64,000 nucleotides of DNA from an uncultured Chloroflexia bacterium (GCA_963700285.1 CAVOXA010000001.1:1440001-1504000); one strand, 5' to 3'; numbered from the stretch's first letter, positions 10,683 through 21,944 are shown. The notes: a model not told the origin generated them from the letters alone. Numbers and translations are program-made.

Positions 10683-13600
10683 TTAGCCCGGCTTCGCAGC
10701 TTGTCGCTGGCTCCGGTTCACGGGAATCAGGAACAGGACGAAACGCAGCGTGAGCGCCCAGGCCAGGACGGCTATGGCAACGATGAAATAGTCGGTGGGC
10801 TCCTCCAGCAACCCCAGATGCAAGAGTTTCTGCGCCAGCGGTATCGCTGATACGCCGACAAAGAGAGCCAGCAGCACTACGGCCATGATTACTGGCCACC
10901 ATGCTCCTACCTGGGCACTGCTACTCCACGATGTTCGTCGCGGTGGCTTGATGAACACAACCAGCAACAGGCCGCAAGCCACCAGGGTGTAGGTGACACC
11001 GAGCTGGGCGTAACCTATCTCGCCACTCCTATCGAGGAAGAGCAGATACACGAGGAACGCTGCAGCACTGATGGTAAGGGCCGCGGGCACCACAAAGCGG
11101 GCTAACAGGCGGCCCAGCCTGGCACTTGGCAGCACTCCGGAAGCAGCTCCCAGTGTGAGACCCAGCGATGGGATTGCAACAGTAAGCACGCTGATGGCCG
11201 TACCCTGTCCGGAGCGAAAAGGGTAGCCCCTGGAAAAAAGCGGGATGGCTACCAGAAGAATTGCCAAATAGCATACCTGGGTCAGGTTCACCTTGAGGAT
11301 GTCCATGAGGCCGTTGACGATGCGCTGCCCTTTTTCCAGGACCACGCCCAGCACACTGGGCGAGTCCTCCATGAGGATGATGTCGGCCATGCTGAGCGCG
11401 GCTTGGGTACCGCTCCGTCTCGAGATGGCCAGGTCAGCCTGGCGCATAGAGGGTAGGTCGCCTACCCCGTCGCCGACTACGGCCACGGCCTCGCCCGCTT
11501 TGCGCAGTGCAGCTACCACCTGCCCTGCCTGCTGGGGAGTGAGTAGGCCGAAAATGGCCTTCTTGTCGGCGACCTGCGCAAACTCACCCGCGCTCAAAGA
11601 GGCCAGGTCTGGACCAGAGGCTGTCTCCAGCGCAAAACCCTCATCTGCGGCCAGTCCAGCCTGTCTCAGCATCTTGGCCGTATGCTCTGGCTCCCCAGAA
11701 GCGAATATCTTGATGTCCACGCCTGTCTCTGCAAATCTTTTGATGGTCTCGACCGATTCAGGGCGTACGCGCTCGGAATAGCGCAGTGTACACAGGGGAA
11801 TAAGGCCATCGGGCAAGTGAGGTTGTCCGTCAGCGTCGTGGATGGCAGTAAGGTCCGGTACGTAGGCAAAGGAGAGATGGTCTTCTTCGACCTGGTCATC
11901 TCTGGGACTCTCCTCGGCTTCTTCTTCACCTTCGCCACGTCGTAGGGCCGTATTGAGTCTCTTGCCCAGACCCCGGAAGAAACCGCGGACTCGGGAGTTC
12001 TTGCCTTCCTCCTCTTTTCCTGGCGGTGTCGGCTCCTGAATAGCCGAGGGTTCCGTTGAAGGAGCACTGGCGTCGCCAGCCGCGCTCCCATTTGCCTGTC
12101 CTGCCCCTTCGACCTGAGCTTCTGCTGCAAGGGCCGGCACAGATGGAGAGGCAGGAGCTCTGGCGTCCACGGGGGAGGTGCTAGTTGTAGACGTCTCCTG
12201 CTCGGCCTGGGGAGATTCGTCGTCCGGGGGCTTGTCTTTTCCTCGCCGGAAGAGCCGTCCCAGGGGTGCGAAGGCACGGCGCACAGCTTTGACGGGCGAT
12301 CCCTCTTTCTCGCTTTCTGTGTCTGCTCCTTCGTCTTCCGTTGGCAGGTGTACTTTGAGGATTTCCGGCTCGGCAAGCACATAGACGCCCCGCAGATCGT
12401 CGTCGTCAAAGGCGAGGGCGATCCAACCATAGACCGACATAAAGGGAGCATCCTCGAGGGGAACGCGCTGGCTTCCCTCGAACGTATCGCGAATGGCTCT
12501 GACTGCGCGATTGTCGACCGAGGACGTGCGGGAGAAATCGCCCAAGATCTGCCTTAGACGCGATTCAGATATTTGCTCCTGGTCTTCCATGGGTTCTGCC
12601 AGTTGAAGCTCGACGTGCGTGCCGGTCAGAATGCCTTCCTGGGCAAAGCAGATGACCGTTGCCTGAGCCAGAGATTCTACCGATCTGGCCCGATTCACGA
12701 GAGCTCCCAGTCTGCCCAGGTCGGCCGTACCTGATGCATAAGTCACGACGATCATGAAGAACAGCGTGACAGGCGCGATGCTAAAGATAAGCGATACAAC
12801 CTCGCCGAAGGCATCTACTGGAACCGGACCCATGTCCCACTTGAAGTAGCGGGTCAATAAGAAGATAGTAAAAACCGCTACGACGACAAGTAGCACCTTG
12901 AGAACTCGCTCGATGACACGTTCGATGGCCGTCAGTTGCTCCTTGACCTCCGGCGTGTCGGACAACCGGTTTGTGATCAGACGGTCGCTGCCAGTTTTTT
13001 CGACGAGGCAGGCGGCCCGGCCCGAAAGACAGAAGCTGCCGGCGTACACCCGATCACCGGGGTGCCTGATCTGCCTGGTGCTGTCGCCGGTGAGTACCGA
13101 TTCATCGACCACGATATGGCCGTCGCCTATCAGCTCTCCATCGACCAGTATCTGGTCGCCTGGCCCAAGCACGATGGCATCGCCCAAGACGATCTCGGCA
13201 GGGTCAACACTGCGAACCTTTTCATCCCGGACGACAGTGACCTTCGGGCGGGTGGCCTGCTGGATATCCCGCAACCTCCTGCGGGCGAACATTTCCTGAA
13301 AGATGTTGATACCAACGTTGAAGGCTATTGTGCCCAGACTTAATAGCGCATCCAGCGGCTTGCCCAGCAACAACTGGGAGGCGGCCAGCCCGACCAAGCT
13401 GAGGTTAAAGAGGTTGTAGACGTTCTCGTGCCAGATCTCTTGCTTTGTACGTGGAGGTTTGAGCTGAATGACGTTGTCCCGGCCCTCGACCTGGCGGGCC
13501 TCGGCCTCGGCCTCGGTCAGACCCTCGACCGGGATCACAGGGGGTGTAGGCGCTGGCCGGCGCCCAGCAAGCCTCTTTCTCTCCTGGAGACGATACCAAA

Positions 13601-13721
13601 TACCTACTGCAATGGCCGCGACGGCGGCCACCACGACCACGATCAGGGTGATCCAGACGAGAGGTCTTGGTTTGGGTTTTCGGTTCTGGTCGTCCATGCT
13701 CTCTCTAGCGTGCGGTGCCAC
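10683..13721 (-). CDS. P-type ATPase homologue (CtpE-like cation transporter family) with degenerate catalytic motifs
   Basis: GLTEAEAEAR, VDESVLTGDS, VYAGSFCLSG, VESLAQATVICFAQEGILTG, VVGDGVGDLPSMRQADLAI, GQRIVNG, multiple TM helices, and a long acidic insertion. Confidence 0.85.
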   Translation of the reverse strand: MAPHARESMDDQNRKPKPRPLVWITLIVVVVAAVAAIAVGIWYRLQERKRLAGRRPAPTPPVIPVEGLTEAEAEARQVEGRDNVIQLKPPRTKQEIWHENVYNLFNLSLVGLAASQLLLGKPLDALLSLGTIAFNVGINIFQEMFARRRLRDIQQATRPKVTVVRDEKVRSVDPAEIVLGDAIVLGPGDQILVDGELIGDGHIVVDESVLTGDSTRQIRHPGDRVYAGSFCLSGRAACLVEKTGSDRLITNRLSDTPEVKEQLTAIERVIERVLKVLLVVVAVFTIFLLTRYFKWDMGPVPVDAFGEVVSLIFSIAPVTLFFMIVVTYASGTADLGRLGALVNRARSVESLAQATVICFAQEGILTGTHVELQLAEPMEDQEQISESRLRQILGDFSRTSSVDNRAVRAIRDTFEGSQRVPLEDAPFMSVYGWIALAFDDDDLRGVYVLAEPEILKVHLPTEDEGADTESEKEGSPVKAVRRAFAPLGRLFRRGKDKPPDDESPQAEQETSTTSTSPVDARAPASPSVPALAAEAQVEGAGQANGSAAGDASAPSTEPSAIQEPTPPGKEEEGKNSRVRGFFRGLGKRLNTALRRGEGEEEAEESPRDDQVEEDHLSFAYVPDLTAIHDADGQPHLPDGLIPLCTLRYSERVRPESVETIKRFAETGVDIKIFASGEPEHTAKMLRQAGLAADEGFALETASGPDLASLSAGEFAQVADKKAIFGLLTPQQAGQVVAALRKAGEAVAVVGDGVGDLPSMRQADLAISRRSGTQAALSMADIILMEDSPSVLGVVLEKGQRIVNGLMDILKVNLTQVCYLAILLVAIPLFSRGYPFRSGQGTAISVLTVAIPSLGLTLGAASGVLPSARLGRLLARFVVPAALTISAAAFLVYLLFLDRSGEIGYAQLGVTYTLVACGLLLVVFIKPPRRTSWSSSAQVGAWWPVIMAVVLLALFVGVSAIPLAQKLLHLGLLEEPTDYFIVAIAVLAWALTLRFVLFLIPVNRSQRQAAKPG

Positions 13722-13952
13722 GTTCCTTGCGCGAAGGCTGGTGGCCAGTATACGCTGGGTGTGTGTGTCGTGGCAGTCTGTCTAGACTGGATTATACATC
13801 AAAGGTATAAGTTTGGGAAACTCTGGACGGTCTGTTCACCGCCAGCATCCATGCAAGGGTAGTATCCTCGCGGGCTATTCGGTCAGCTTTTGACAGAGCC
13901 TGAAGGGCATGGTACACTGGGCACGAGACCATGCCAGAAAGCGAGTCTTGCC

Positions 13953-14820
13953 ATGCCAAACGTTGCCATTGTTACAGATAGCTGCGCCAGCATACCGGAA
14001 CCGCTTAGTGAGTCTCTCCAGATCCACCGGGTTCCCTACTATATGCACTGTGGAAACAATGTTCTTCGCGACCTGGTTACAGTCCACCGGGATTCTTTCT
14101 ATCGTTGGCTTCTGGCGGCCAGAGAACTTCCCAAGACAGCCGCTCCAGGTCCTGGCGACTATATGGACCTATACGAGAGGCTGGTTCGAGATGCGGATGT
14201 CGACGGGATTGTCAGCATCCATATGACCTCAAAGGGCAGCGGCGCCTACCAGGCAGCCAGGATCGCCCAGTCGATGGCGGTGGAGACTCTTGCCTGGCCT
14301 GCAGTTGGCCGTGATCGACACCCTCAACGTTTCGATGTGCCAGGGCTGGATGGCAATCGAGGCGGCCCGTGCCGCGCTGGAAGGTAAATCCCTGGCGAGC
14401 ATTGTCCGTTTGGTCCAGGACATGATCCCGACCACGCGCATGATCCAAACAGCGGACACGCTCAAGTACCTGTACATGGGCGGGCGCATCGGCCGGGCCA
14501 AGCACCTCGTGGGCAGCCTTCTCAGCATCAAGCCCCTCATCGGCATGGAGGAGGGAGTCATCGTGCCACTGGGGCAGGCCCGCAGCCGGCGGCAAGCCTA
14601 CGCCAAGATGGTAGACATGGTGGAGGCGGCGGTGGGCTCGGGCAAAGTCAAGATCGCCTGCGTCCACGCTGCGGCGCGGGATGAAGCGGAAAAGCTTGGG
14701 TGTCTCATGGAGGCCCGACTGGACGTGGCAGAATTGCTCGTGGCCGAGCTATCGCCCGTATTGGGGGTACACACCGGTCCGGGAACGGCTGGCATTTGCT
14801 ACTTTCCAGTGCCGCTCTAG
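13953..14820 (+). CDS. DegV family fatty-acid-binding protein (frameshift near 14290)
   Basis: VAIVTDS, PKTAAPGPG, SIHMTSKGSGAY; second frame VIDTLNVSMCQG, LKYLYMGGRIG, LLSIKPLI, HTGPGTAG. Confidence 0.9.
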
Positions 14821-14976
14821 CTGTCCCCTGCGTGCTTTGGGTTCCACAGGCACGGCTGGATCCTGGTTCCGCGGCAGCAAAAAGAAAGCCTGCCGGCAGG
14901 CGCGGTGATAGATCCTGCTCGCCGGGCGATGCGGCGTGGCCTGAGGTGGCCACCCTGAGAACGGATCGCTGTTGTC

Positions 14977-15177
14977 CTAGGCCGGATCCAACTCGAACTG
15001 CCAGTCTTTTTCCCAGTTGTCGTCAACCAGGTTGGAGCTCCAGTCGAGTTCTGGGGGGCTAGTCCTGACAACCTCCAGATCAGCATAACAGCGCTGGCAG
15101 AGGGCTGCCTGCCCTACCCAGGGCTTGCGCCCAAGATCAATACGGTTTCCGCAATCCGGACAGTACGCGATAGCCAC
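14977..15177 (-). CDS. LysW-like zinc-ribbon small acidic protein
   Basis: GTG start after AGGAG; CPDC...CQRC, ADLEVV, ELDW, acidic tail. Confidence 0.7.
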   Translation of the reverse strand: MAIAYCPDCGNRIDLGRKPWVGQAALCQRCYADLEVVRTSPPELDWSSNLVDDNWEKDWQFELDPA

Positions 15178-15350
15178 CTTTGTTGCTCCTTGTTTTGTTC
15201 GCGCCGGAGTGGTGGCGCACAGAACTCTGCGAAAGGAATCAAGAAAAGGAGAAAACAACCGCAGAGTTCCGTACGCGCCTTCTGACTCTCCAGCTTTCTA
15301 CCAGCTCTCGGGCGCTTTCCAGACGGTCGAGAGCTGTAGTGGACCGGCTT

Positions 15351-15551
15351 CTACCAGTCCTCGTCGTCGTCCCCCGAGGCATAGTCCCCATCTTCATCGG
15401 ACCAGTCGTAGGCCCAGTCAAACTCTAACGGCTTGACGCTAATCACTTCCAGGTCCGCTTCGCAACCAGGACACGTTAGCTTCTGGCCAAGCCTCGCGTG
15501 GGGGTTCAAGGTGATCTTTTGCTCACATTCGGGGCAATATCCACTTTCCAT
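15351..15551 (-). CDS. LysW-like zinc-ribbon small acidic protein
   Basis: CPEC...CPGC, ADLEVIS..PLEFDW, tail DDDEDW; AGGAG ribosome-binding site. Confidence 0.8.
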   Translation of the reverse strand: MESGYCPECEQKITLNPHARLGQKLTCPGCEADLEVISVKPLEFDWAYDWSDEDGDYASGDDDEDW

Positions 15552-15703
15552 GGCAATACTCCTCTATCTCAGTTGACCGGTGTACGGCAATGCCCTACCA
15601 TCTCTAGGCGTCAGCCAGCTTTTCGCTGGCACTAGCAAGGATCTTTTTTCCAGTTTAGTATGGTTGTGTTCAAGCAGGGGGGAAAAAAAGTACCAAGAAG
15701 GTG

Positions 15704-16421
15704 TTATGTTCTGCCAGAATGTACGATTTTTGTCACATCTGGGCTGTCTTCCGGGTCAAAGGAATAGCCCAGCCCGGGTATGGTGTGGACGTAGCGGGGA
15801 GTGCGTGGCTCAGACTCAATCTTGGACCGCAGTCGACTGACCAGGCCCCGCACCAGGTCCCGGTCGCCGCGACCGCTGTAGCCCCACACCCGCTCGACAA
15901 TGACCTCGGTGGGCAGGATTTGGCCGCGATGGCTCATGAGCGTGTAGAGCAAGCGGAACTCGAGGTGGGTCAACCGACGCGGTGGGCGGTCGGTGATCTG
16001 TACGGTCCGGTTAGCGGCGTCGAGGGTCAAATCTGCCTGGCTGAGGGTGGGTAGGCTGAACAGGGGGACACTGCCTGCCCGGCGTACCAGCGCTTGTACC
16101 TGGGCAATGAGCAACCGGCCACTGAAGGGGCGTACGACAACCAGGTCCGTACCGGAGACAAGCAGATCACGGTGAAGATCCTCGGTGATAGGATCGATGA
16201 CTATCAGCAGGGGTACCTCGGTCTCAGCCCGGACGCGACCTACATCGTCGAGGGGTTCGCCGACAGACTGCCAGCGCGACAAGGTCGGCCGGGCGCTCCA
16301 GCCAACTCTTCATGGCTCGTTCCAGATCGCTGGCGATGGTCACCGCCAGCCCGGCACGCTGCAGTACAAGCGACAGCACTGCGCGTTCATCTGGGTCGTG
16401 GCTGACTAGCATAGCATACAT
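15704..16421 (-). CDS. OmpR/PhoB-family response regulator with atypical receiver domain (frameshift near 16265)
   Basis: Winged helix LTHLEFRLLYTLM..RVWGY..LVSRLRSKIE..PRYVHTIPGLGY; receiver MLVSHDP..ADLVALA..VVRPF. Confidence 0.85.
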
Positions 16422-17026
16422 GGTTTCGGCGCTGGCTCCCAGCGTGATGGTCTTTGCCGAATCAGCGGTTCTAGTATATCATTCCTTGCTCTGCACGTCA
16501 ACTGGGACAGGCAGAGTTCAGGTTTCTGGGGTACGGGCACATATGTAGATTTTGGGGCCAACAGCGTTGTCTTTCTGCCGCGTCCTGCTGTAGGCCTGGG
16601 GAACTATTGCGGCAGGGGCAGCGTCTATGTGTACAGTATTCCGCTTCGGTGTGAATGACGAGCGGAAGGTGCAGCGTGATCTTGCGCGGGGCAAGCGTCG
16701 CCCAGTCGTCAAGCAATAGTGGTCAGCACTATGCTACAATACTGGCGCATCGTTACTCGGATGCGGCTGACTTGCGTGATAGGGGTGCGGGATCGGGATC
16801 GGCGTTCGTAGCCAGAGCCGGGCACGTCGCCGTGCCAGGCTCAGGTGCTCGAGGGCCAGGATTCCAAAGTCTTTTTCGGTCGGCACTCATGATCGTTGTG
16901 GCAAGGCCCTGCCATCCGCTTCTGGAAACTGTGGGTGTCGTGTGTTCAAACGGGCCCTCTGGGTGGGAGTGATTCTTTTGACTAGTGATTCCAACGAACA
17001 TAGTGCATTGTCTGACAAAGAACCAG

Positions 17027-19084
17027 ATGGTGGATCCTGCCATGACAGCACTGCGCCAAGCTCGGCGTCGTGCAAAGGACAATTCTATCTCTTCGCGTAC
17101 CAGGAGACCCACTTTGCGGTTGGTCCTGTCCCCGGCAGGGCTAGTTCTACCTCTGGTTTTTATCGTAGTGGCGGTCTACCTGATAGCTCCTGAGGTGCTG
17201 GCACGCCAACGGTCCATGGGAAGGCAGGAGCTGGCGCCGGCAGCCGAGATCCGCTATCGGAACTTGATAGCCAACCCAAGCGTTCGGTGGGAGATGGGTT
17301 AGTCGAGAATGGGGCTTCTCTCGATGTTGAGGCCCTACTCGATCATGCATCAAATCTCGTCCTACGAGGGTCGTATAGACGAAGCCGTTGCCGCTTACGA
17401 GACCGTTGCAGAACGGGCACCCAAAGAACCCCGCCTCGAGTCTGGGTGGGCCAGGGCCTTGCTGATGCAGGGCCGGGCCGATGAAGCAGTTGTACACGCC
17501 CGGCGTGCGGTTGAACTCGAGCCCATGGATGCCGAGGCGATGACGGTCCTTGCCCAGGCCTACCTGGCCGTGGGGGATGTCGGACGGGGGCTGGGCATTG
17601 GGCAGGCGGCGGTGGAGTTGGACGACAGTAGCGCCATTTCCCACGCGACCCTGGCGGAGGCGTATCGGGCGGATGGCCAACTGGAGCAGGCAGCTGAGGA
17701 AGCCGCGCAGGCCTTGAGACTAGATCCGGAGAATGCAGCCGCGCACCGGGTTCAGGGCTGGCTGTACTTCATACTGGAGCAGGATGCGCAGCATGCGCTC
17801 AAAGAGATGCGCCTGGCCGTGGCCCTGGAGCCTCTACAGTGGCGGAATCACTTTGATCTTGGAGGGTTGTTGCTCCAGACCGGAACCTATGCAGATGCCA
17901 TCCCCGTACTTGAGCGGGCGCTCGCCCTGCGGCAAACCAGTGAGATCCATGTGGCTCTCGCTGAGACCTACCTCCGGCTTGGTCAAGAGGCGGAAGCCTC
18001 CACGTACCTTGAGCGAGCACGAGAAACAGGCGCAGAGGAGGCCGGGATACGTGCCTTGACGGCGGCGATCCGTGCGAGGCAGGGTTTCTGTGAGGATGCA
18101 AAGCTCTACTACGATCAGGTGCTGACCCAAGAACCTACCAGCCCGCTTGCCCTGGAGGCCAGGCTTATCTGTGAGGGGGCGACGCCTGAATCGGCAGAGC
18201 TGGCCGTCACTCCCACTGCCCTGGCAACGAGTGCCGCGCCACTGCAGGGCCGCATTGCCTATCCTGTATGGAATCCGGGCACGGAGCACTATGACATCTA
18301 TGTGAGTCAGGTGGATGGGACGAGCCGGCATCTGCTGCTGACCGGAGCACGCCAGCCGGCTTTCAGTCCCGGTGGTCAGTGGCTGGCCGTGAACGGCGAA
18401 CGCCACTTGCAGGATAATCTCCTGGTCTTGCGGACAGACGGCAGCGAACTCTGGGAGGTCACTGAGCACGTCGAAGATGGTCTCCCCGCTTGGTCGCCAG
18501 ACGGAAATGAGCTGGCCTTCAGTTCCACACAGCACGGCGACCGGCAGTCGCGCGTCTATGTCATCGACGCCGTCCCCTTGGACGGCCGGAAGGAGGGCGG
18601 GCGGCCCTTGAGCGCTGGCTTCTATGATGCCAGTGGGGCGTACCCCACCTGGACGGATGATGGACAGGTTGTGTATGATGGCTGTGACTATTCGGTCAAT
18701 CCGGCCGTCTGCGGCCTGCTAAAGGTCCCAACTGGGCCTGGCCCCAATGGCCCTATGGCCTTGACCAACAATTCTGCTGATACAGCGCCCGCGGCCTACA
18801 ACGGAAGGATAGCCTTCATGTCCAAAAGCGAAGGCAATTGGGACATCTATGTCATTGACAGTGATGGCGCGGGGCCGAGGCGCCTGACACGGGGAGCGGC
18901 CAATGAGGGGCTGCCGACTTGGGCCCCCGACGGCCAAGCCCTGGCCTACGTTTCAGACCAGAGTGGGAGGTGGGCAGTGTGGGCCATGGCACACGATGGC
19001 TCGGACCAGCACCAGCTTTTTGAGATCGGTGGTGGAGGGCTGGGAGGCGACTGGCCTCAGGAGCGGATTAGCTGGGCTCCGTAG
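17027..19084 (+). CDS. Membrane-anchored TPR + TolB-like PD40 beta-propeller protein (two apparent frameshifts at about 17285-17365)
   Basis: N-terminal TM LVLPLVFIVVAVYLIA; several TPRs; PAFSPGG, PAWSPDG, PTWAPDG, GNWDIYVID. Confidence 0.82.
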
Positions 19085-19204
19085 CGGGATGGCCGGTCGT
19101 GGTTGGGCTTGTCACGGCTGACACCCACAAGATCATCAAGGTCAAGACTTCCATACCGGTGATGGTGGTGAACGCTTGAACGCGCAGGAAAATCGGACCT
19201 GCTT

Positions 19205-20290
19205 TCACTTCATGTCTATCATGGCCAGTACCTGATCTACAGGCAGTGCTGGCACCGTGACTCCCTGGTAGCCAGTGACAGTACTCGCCACAAAAAGCGA
19301 GTTGTAGATCGCCTCCTCTGTCGCCTCGATGGCAGCCAGGAAGAGCGGGGACATCTTTTCGTTGGGCAAGTCGACATAAGTCGAAATCTTGCTGCGTTTT
19401 GCTGGCGTGCGCCGTACGGCATCCGCTGCTGAGAATGCGATAGCATAGTCACCCGAACCATTGGACATCGATGCGCCTGTACGCGCCAGGCCGGCCAGTG
19501 CGCGGCGAGCAAGGCGCTCTAGATTGCGGTCTGAAAGCGGGGCATCGGTGGCCAGAACCATCATGATTGAGCCGTCCGCCCGGTTCTGCTCCAATAGTTC
19601 TTGCAGGTAGTCCCTGCCCAGTCCCTGTCCGACGGGTACGCCCAAGACCTGGAGCATGCCGCCAAAGTTGGATTGGACCAATACCCCAACGGTATGGGCT
19701 CCGAGCTCTTCCGGGAGCCGGCGTGAACTGGTACCAATCCCTCCTTTCCAGCCAAAGGCTACTGTGCCGGTTCCAGCGCCGACCACGCCCTCGGCAACGG
19801 GTCCCCCTTTCGCTTGCCCGATGGCCTGACCGATGTTGTCGGCAGTGGGTAGCCTGAGCCGGATGTTGTTCAGGCAACTGTCGTTGGTTTCGCCCACGAC
19901 AGGGTTGACCGAAACAATATCACCGTTGCCGGGGTAGGCCAGGGTCCAGTCCAGGATGGCCCCGGCTGCTTGCGCGACGGCCAGTGTGTTGGTCAATACG
20001 ATGGGAGTCTCTATCTCGCCCATCTCTTTGATCTGTGTGCTGCCCATCAGCTTGCCATAGCCGTTGCCAGACACGATCGCTGCCGGGACCTTGTCTTGGT
20101 AGAGGTTGCCGCCATGGGGCAGGATAGCGGTCGCTCCGGTTCGGATATCCTGGCCTTCCACGAGCGTCGCGTGCCCGATGCGCACGCCATTAACGTCAGT
20201 GATGGCGTTCAAAGGCCCAGCCGGCAGGATGCCAGGTATGATCCCAAGTTCCCGGACCCGGGTGCGAGGTTGGTAGGGCGGATTCAGCAT
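19205..20290 (-). CDS. dmpA: Peptidase S58 (DmpA/P1 family aminopeptidase)
   Basis: GPLNAITDVNGVRIGH, PVVGETND, GWKGGIGTSSR, autoprocessing NGSGDYAIAFS, EATEEAIYNSL. Confidence 0.92.
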   Translation of the reverse strand: MLNPPYQPRTRVRELGIIPGILPAGPLNAITDVNGVRIGHATLVEGQDIRTGATAILPHGGNLYQDKVPAAIVSGNGYGKLMGSTQIKEMGEIETPIVLTNTLAVAQAAGAILDWTLAYPGNGDIVSVNPVVGETNDSCLNNIRLRLPTADNIGQAIGQAKGGPVAEGVVGAGTGTVAFGWKGGIGTSSRRLPEELGAHTVGVLVQSNFGGMLQVLGVPVGQGLGRDYLQELLEQNRADGSIMMVLATDAPLSDRNLERLARRALAGLARTGASMSNGSGDYAIAFSAADAVRRTPAKRSKISTYVDLPNEKMSPLFLAAIEATEEAIYNSLFVASTVTGYQGVTVPALPVDQVLAMIDMK

Positions 20291-20378
20291 CGGAGTCTCC
20301 TTCTGTTTCATGCCCCTTGAGTGGGCATTGTTTCGGGTCGTGAGTCCTGTCACTCATCGGAAAGGCGTCCATAGGGTT

Positions 20379-20407
20379 ATGATAGATCAGAAGACGGACA
20401 GCGTCAA
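20379..20407 (-). promoter_or_regulatory. Sigma70-type promoter for dmpA
   Basis: Minus strand TTGACG-17 nt-TATCAT. Confidence 0.6.
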
Positions 20408-20452
20408 CTCTGATGCAGGGCTGCTAGCGTGCCGAGTTCACAAACACAGCTC

Positions 20453-20508
20453 TTGACAAGGCCGGATGCCTGTGCTATACTCTTTTGTAAGTTCAATGGA
20501 CTTACAAA
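20453..20508 (+). promoter_or_regulatory. Sigma70 promoter with overlapping palindromic operator upstream of ROK-nagA
   Basis: TTGACA (20453)-17 nt-TATACT (20476), then the inverted repeat TTTGTAAGT-N7-ACTTACAAA (20484-20508) over the expected start site. Confidence 0.8.
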
Positions 20509-20532
20509 TCAGGGTCTGCAAAGGGAAGAGAT

Positions 20533-21944
20533 ATGGCTGCATCGATTAGGCTCCCGAGTCCGGTTTGCGTGCCCCCCTTGGATGAGGGCTTTCGCCCGGC
20601 GGTACTGGCCAACCGGATCTTCTGAAAGAGGTGGAGGACTCGCGCGCCGGGGTGTCTCTGGTCTTTGGGCTGGAGCGCTCCGGCGGCTCTCTGTCCCGTT
20701 TTGAGACAAGCGTCTTCCCCGACGGGCATCCTCGTTCCGAGGCAAACCTGTTCTATGCCGAGCGCATCCTCAAGTTCTTGCTGTGGCAGCGGGGCGGCTG
20801 GAAGGTTTATGTTGGGGGGCCAGTGAGCATCGGTCGCCACATCCAGGCTTGTTATGCAGCGGATGGTGAGCGCGGCTTTGATGCTGCTCTCCTGGGCTCC
20901 AAGATCTACCAGCGACAGTTTACTGTCGTTCCTTGCGCGGCGGCGGACGTGCCCCAGGAGCAGGAGCCCACGCGAGCCCTGGGCCGCCACCTGAATGGTT
21001 GCCGGATAGGTTTTGACCTGGGTGCATCGGACCTCAAAGTATCGGCCGTGGTCGATGGCCAAGCCATCTACAGTGAAGAGATCGTCTGGGAGCCAACTGT
21101 GCAGACCAATCCCCAGTATCACTATGACCACATTGTTGGGGCACTAAAGGTCGCTGCGTCCAAGATGCCCCGTCTGGATGCCATCGGTGGCAGCTCTGCC
21201 GGCGTCTATGTCGATAACCGGCCCATGGCGGCTTCTCTATACCGGGGCATCCCCGAGAGCCGCTATGACGAGATCCACAATATGTTTCTGCGTATCAGCG
21301 CCGAGTTTGGTGTCCCGCTGGAGGTCATCAATGACGGTGAGGTCACGGCCCTGGCCGGTGCGATGGCCCTCGAAGAGAATGGTCTCCCGGGTAAGAGTAT
21401 CCTGGGGATCGCGATGGGTTCGAGCGAGGCTGCAGGCTATGTGGACTCTGAAGGCAAACTTACCGGCTGGTTGAACGAGCTGGCCTTTGCCCCCATCGAC
21501 TATAGCCCCGGTGCTCCGGTGGAGGAATGGTCCGGCGACCAAGGGGTTGGGGCCCGGTATTTCTCACAGCAATGTGTGTTCCGCCTAGCCCCCGAGGTGG
21601 GCATTGAGCTTCCCACCGGGGCGACCAAGGCCGAGATACTCAAGTCCGTCCAGGCCAAGCTGGAGGCAGGTCACGGCGGAGCACGGAAAATCTGGCAGAG
21701 CATGGGCATCTACCTGGGCTATGCCATTGCTGGCTATGCCCAGTTCTATCATCTGAAGCACGTACTGATCTTGGGACGCTGTACATCGGGCAGCGGGGGC
21801 ACCTTGATCCTCGAGGGGGCCAGACAGGTCATCAATGCCGAATTTCCCGAGCTGGCCTCCCAGATCAACATCCAGCTCCCTGATGAGAAGTTCCGGCGCG
21901 TGGGCCAGTCGATTGCCGCAGCAAGCCTGCCGTCACTGGGTTAG
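20533..21944 (+). CDS. ROK family protein (likely amino-sugar kinase); frameshift near 20620
   Basis: MAASIRLPSP..PPLDEGFRPAVLAN joins the 20631 frame; IGFDLGASD, INDGEVTALAG, GIAMGSSEAAG; directly upstream of nagA. Confidence 0.82.

Noticed and set aside
14977-15551. Lysine/arginine biosynthesis via LysW
   Set aside because: The essential C-terminal Glu is missing and no pathway genes are adjacent, so the gene symbol was withheld.
16430-17020. Riboswitch or ncRNA in the 600-bp divergent intergenic region
   Set aside because: Only a TG-extended TACAAT (16732-16740) and a weak hairpin are visible; I recognise no known RNA consensus.
17285-17365. In-frame TAG (17300-17302) between ORFs 16985-17302 and 17309-19084 as possible pyrrolysine or readthrough
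   Set aside because: The alternative frame (GDGLVENGASLDVEALLDHASNLVL) gives a better TPR-like helix leading into EGRIDEA, so two compensating indels explain it. The window's MttB is non-Pyl and no pyl genes are seen.
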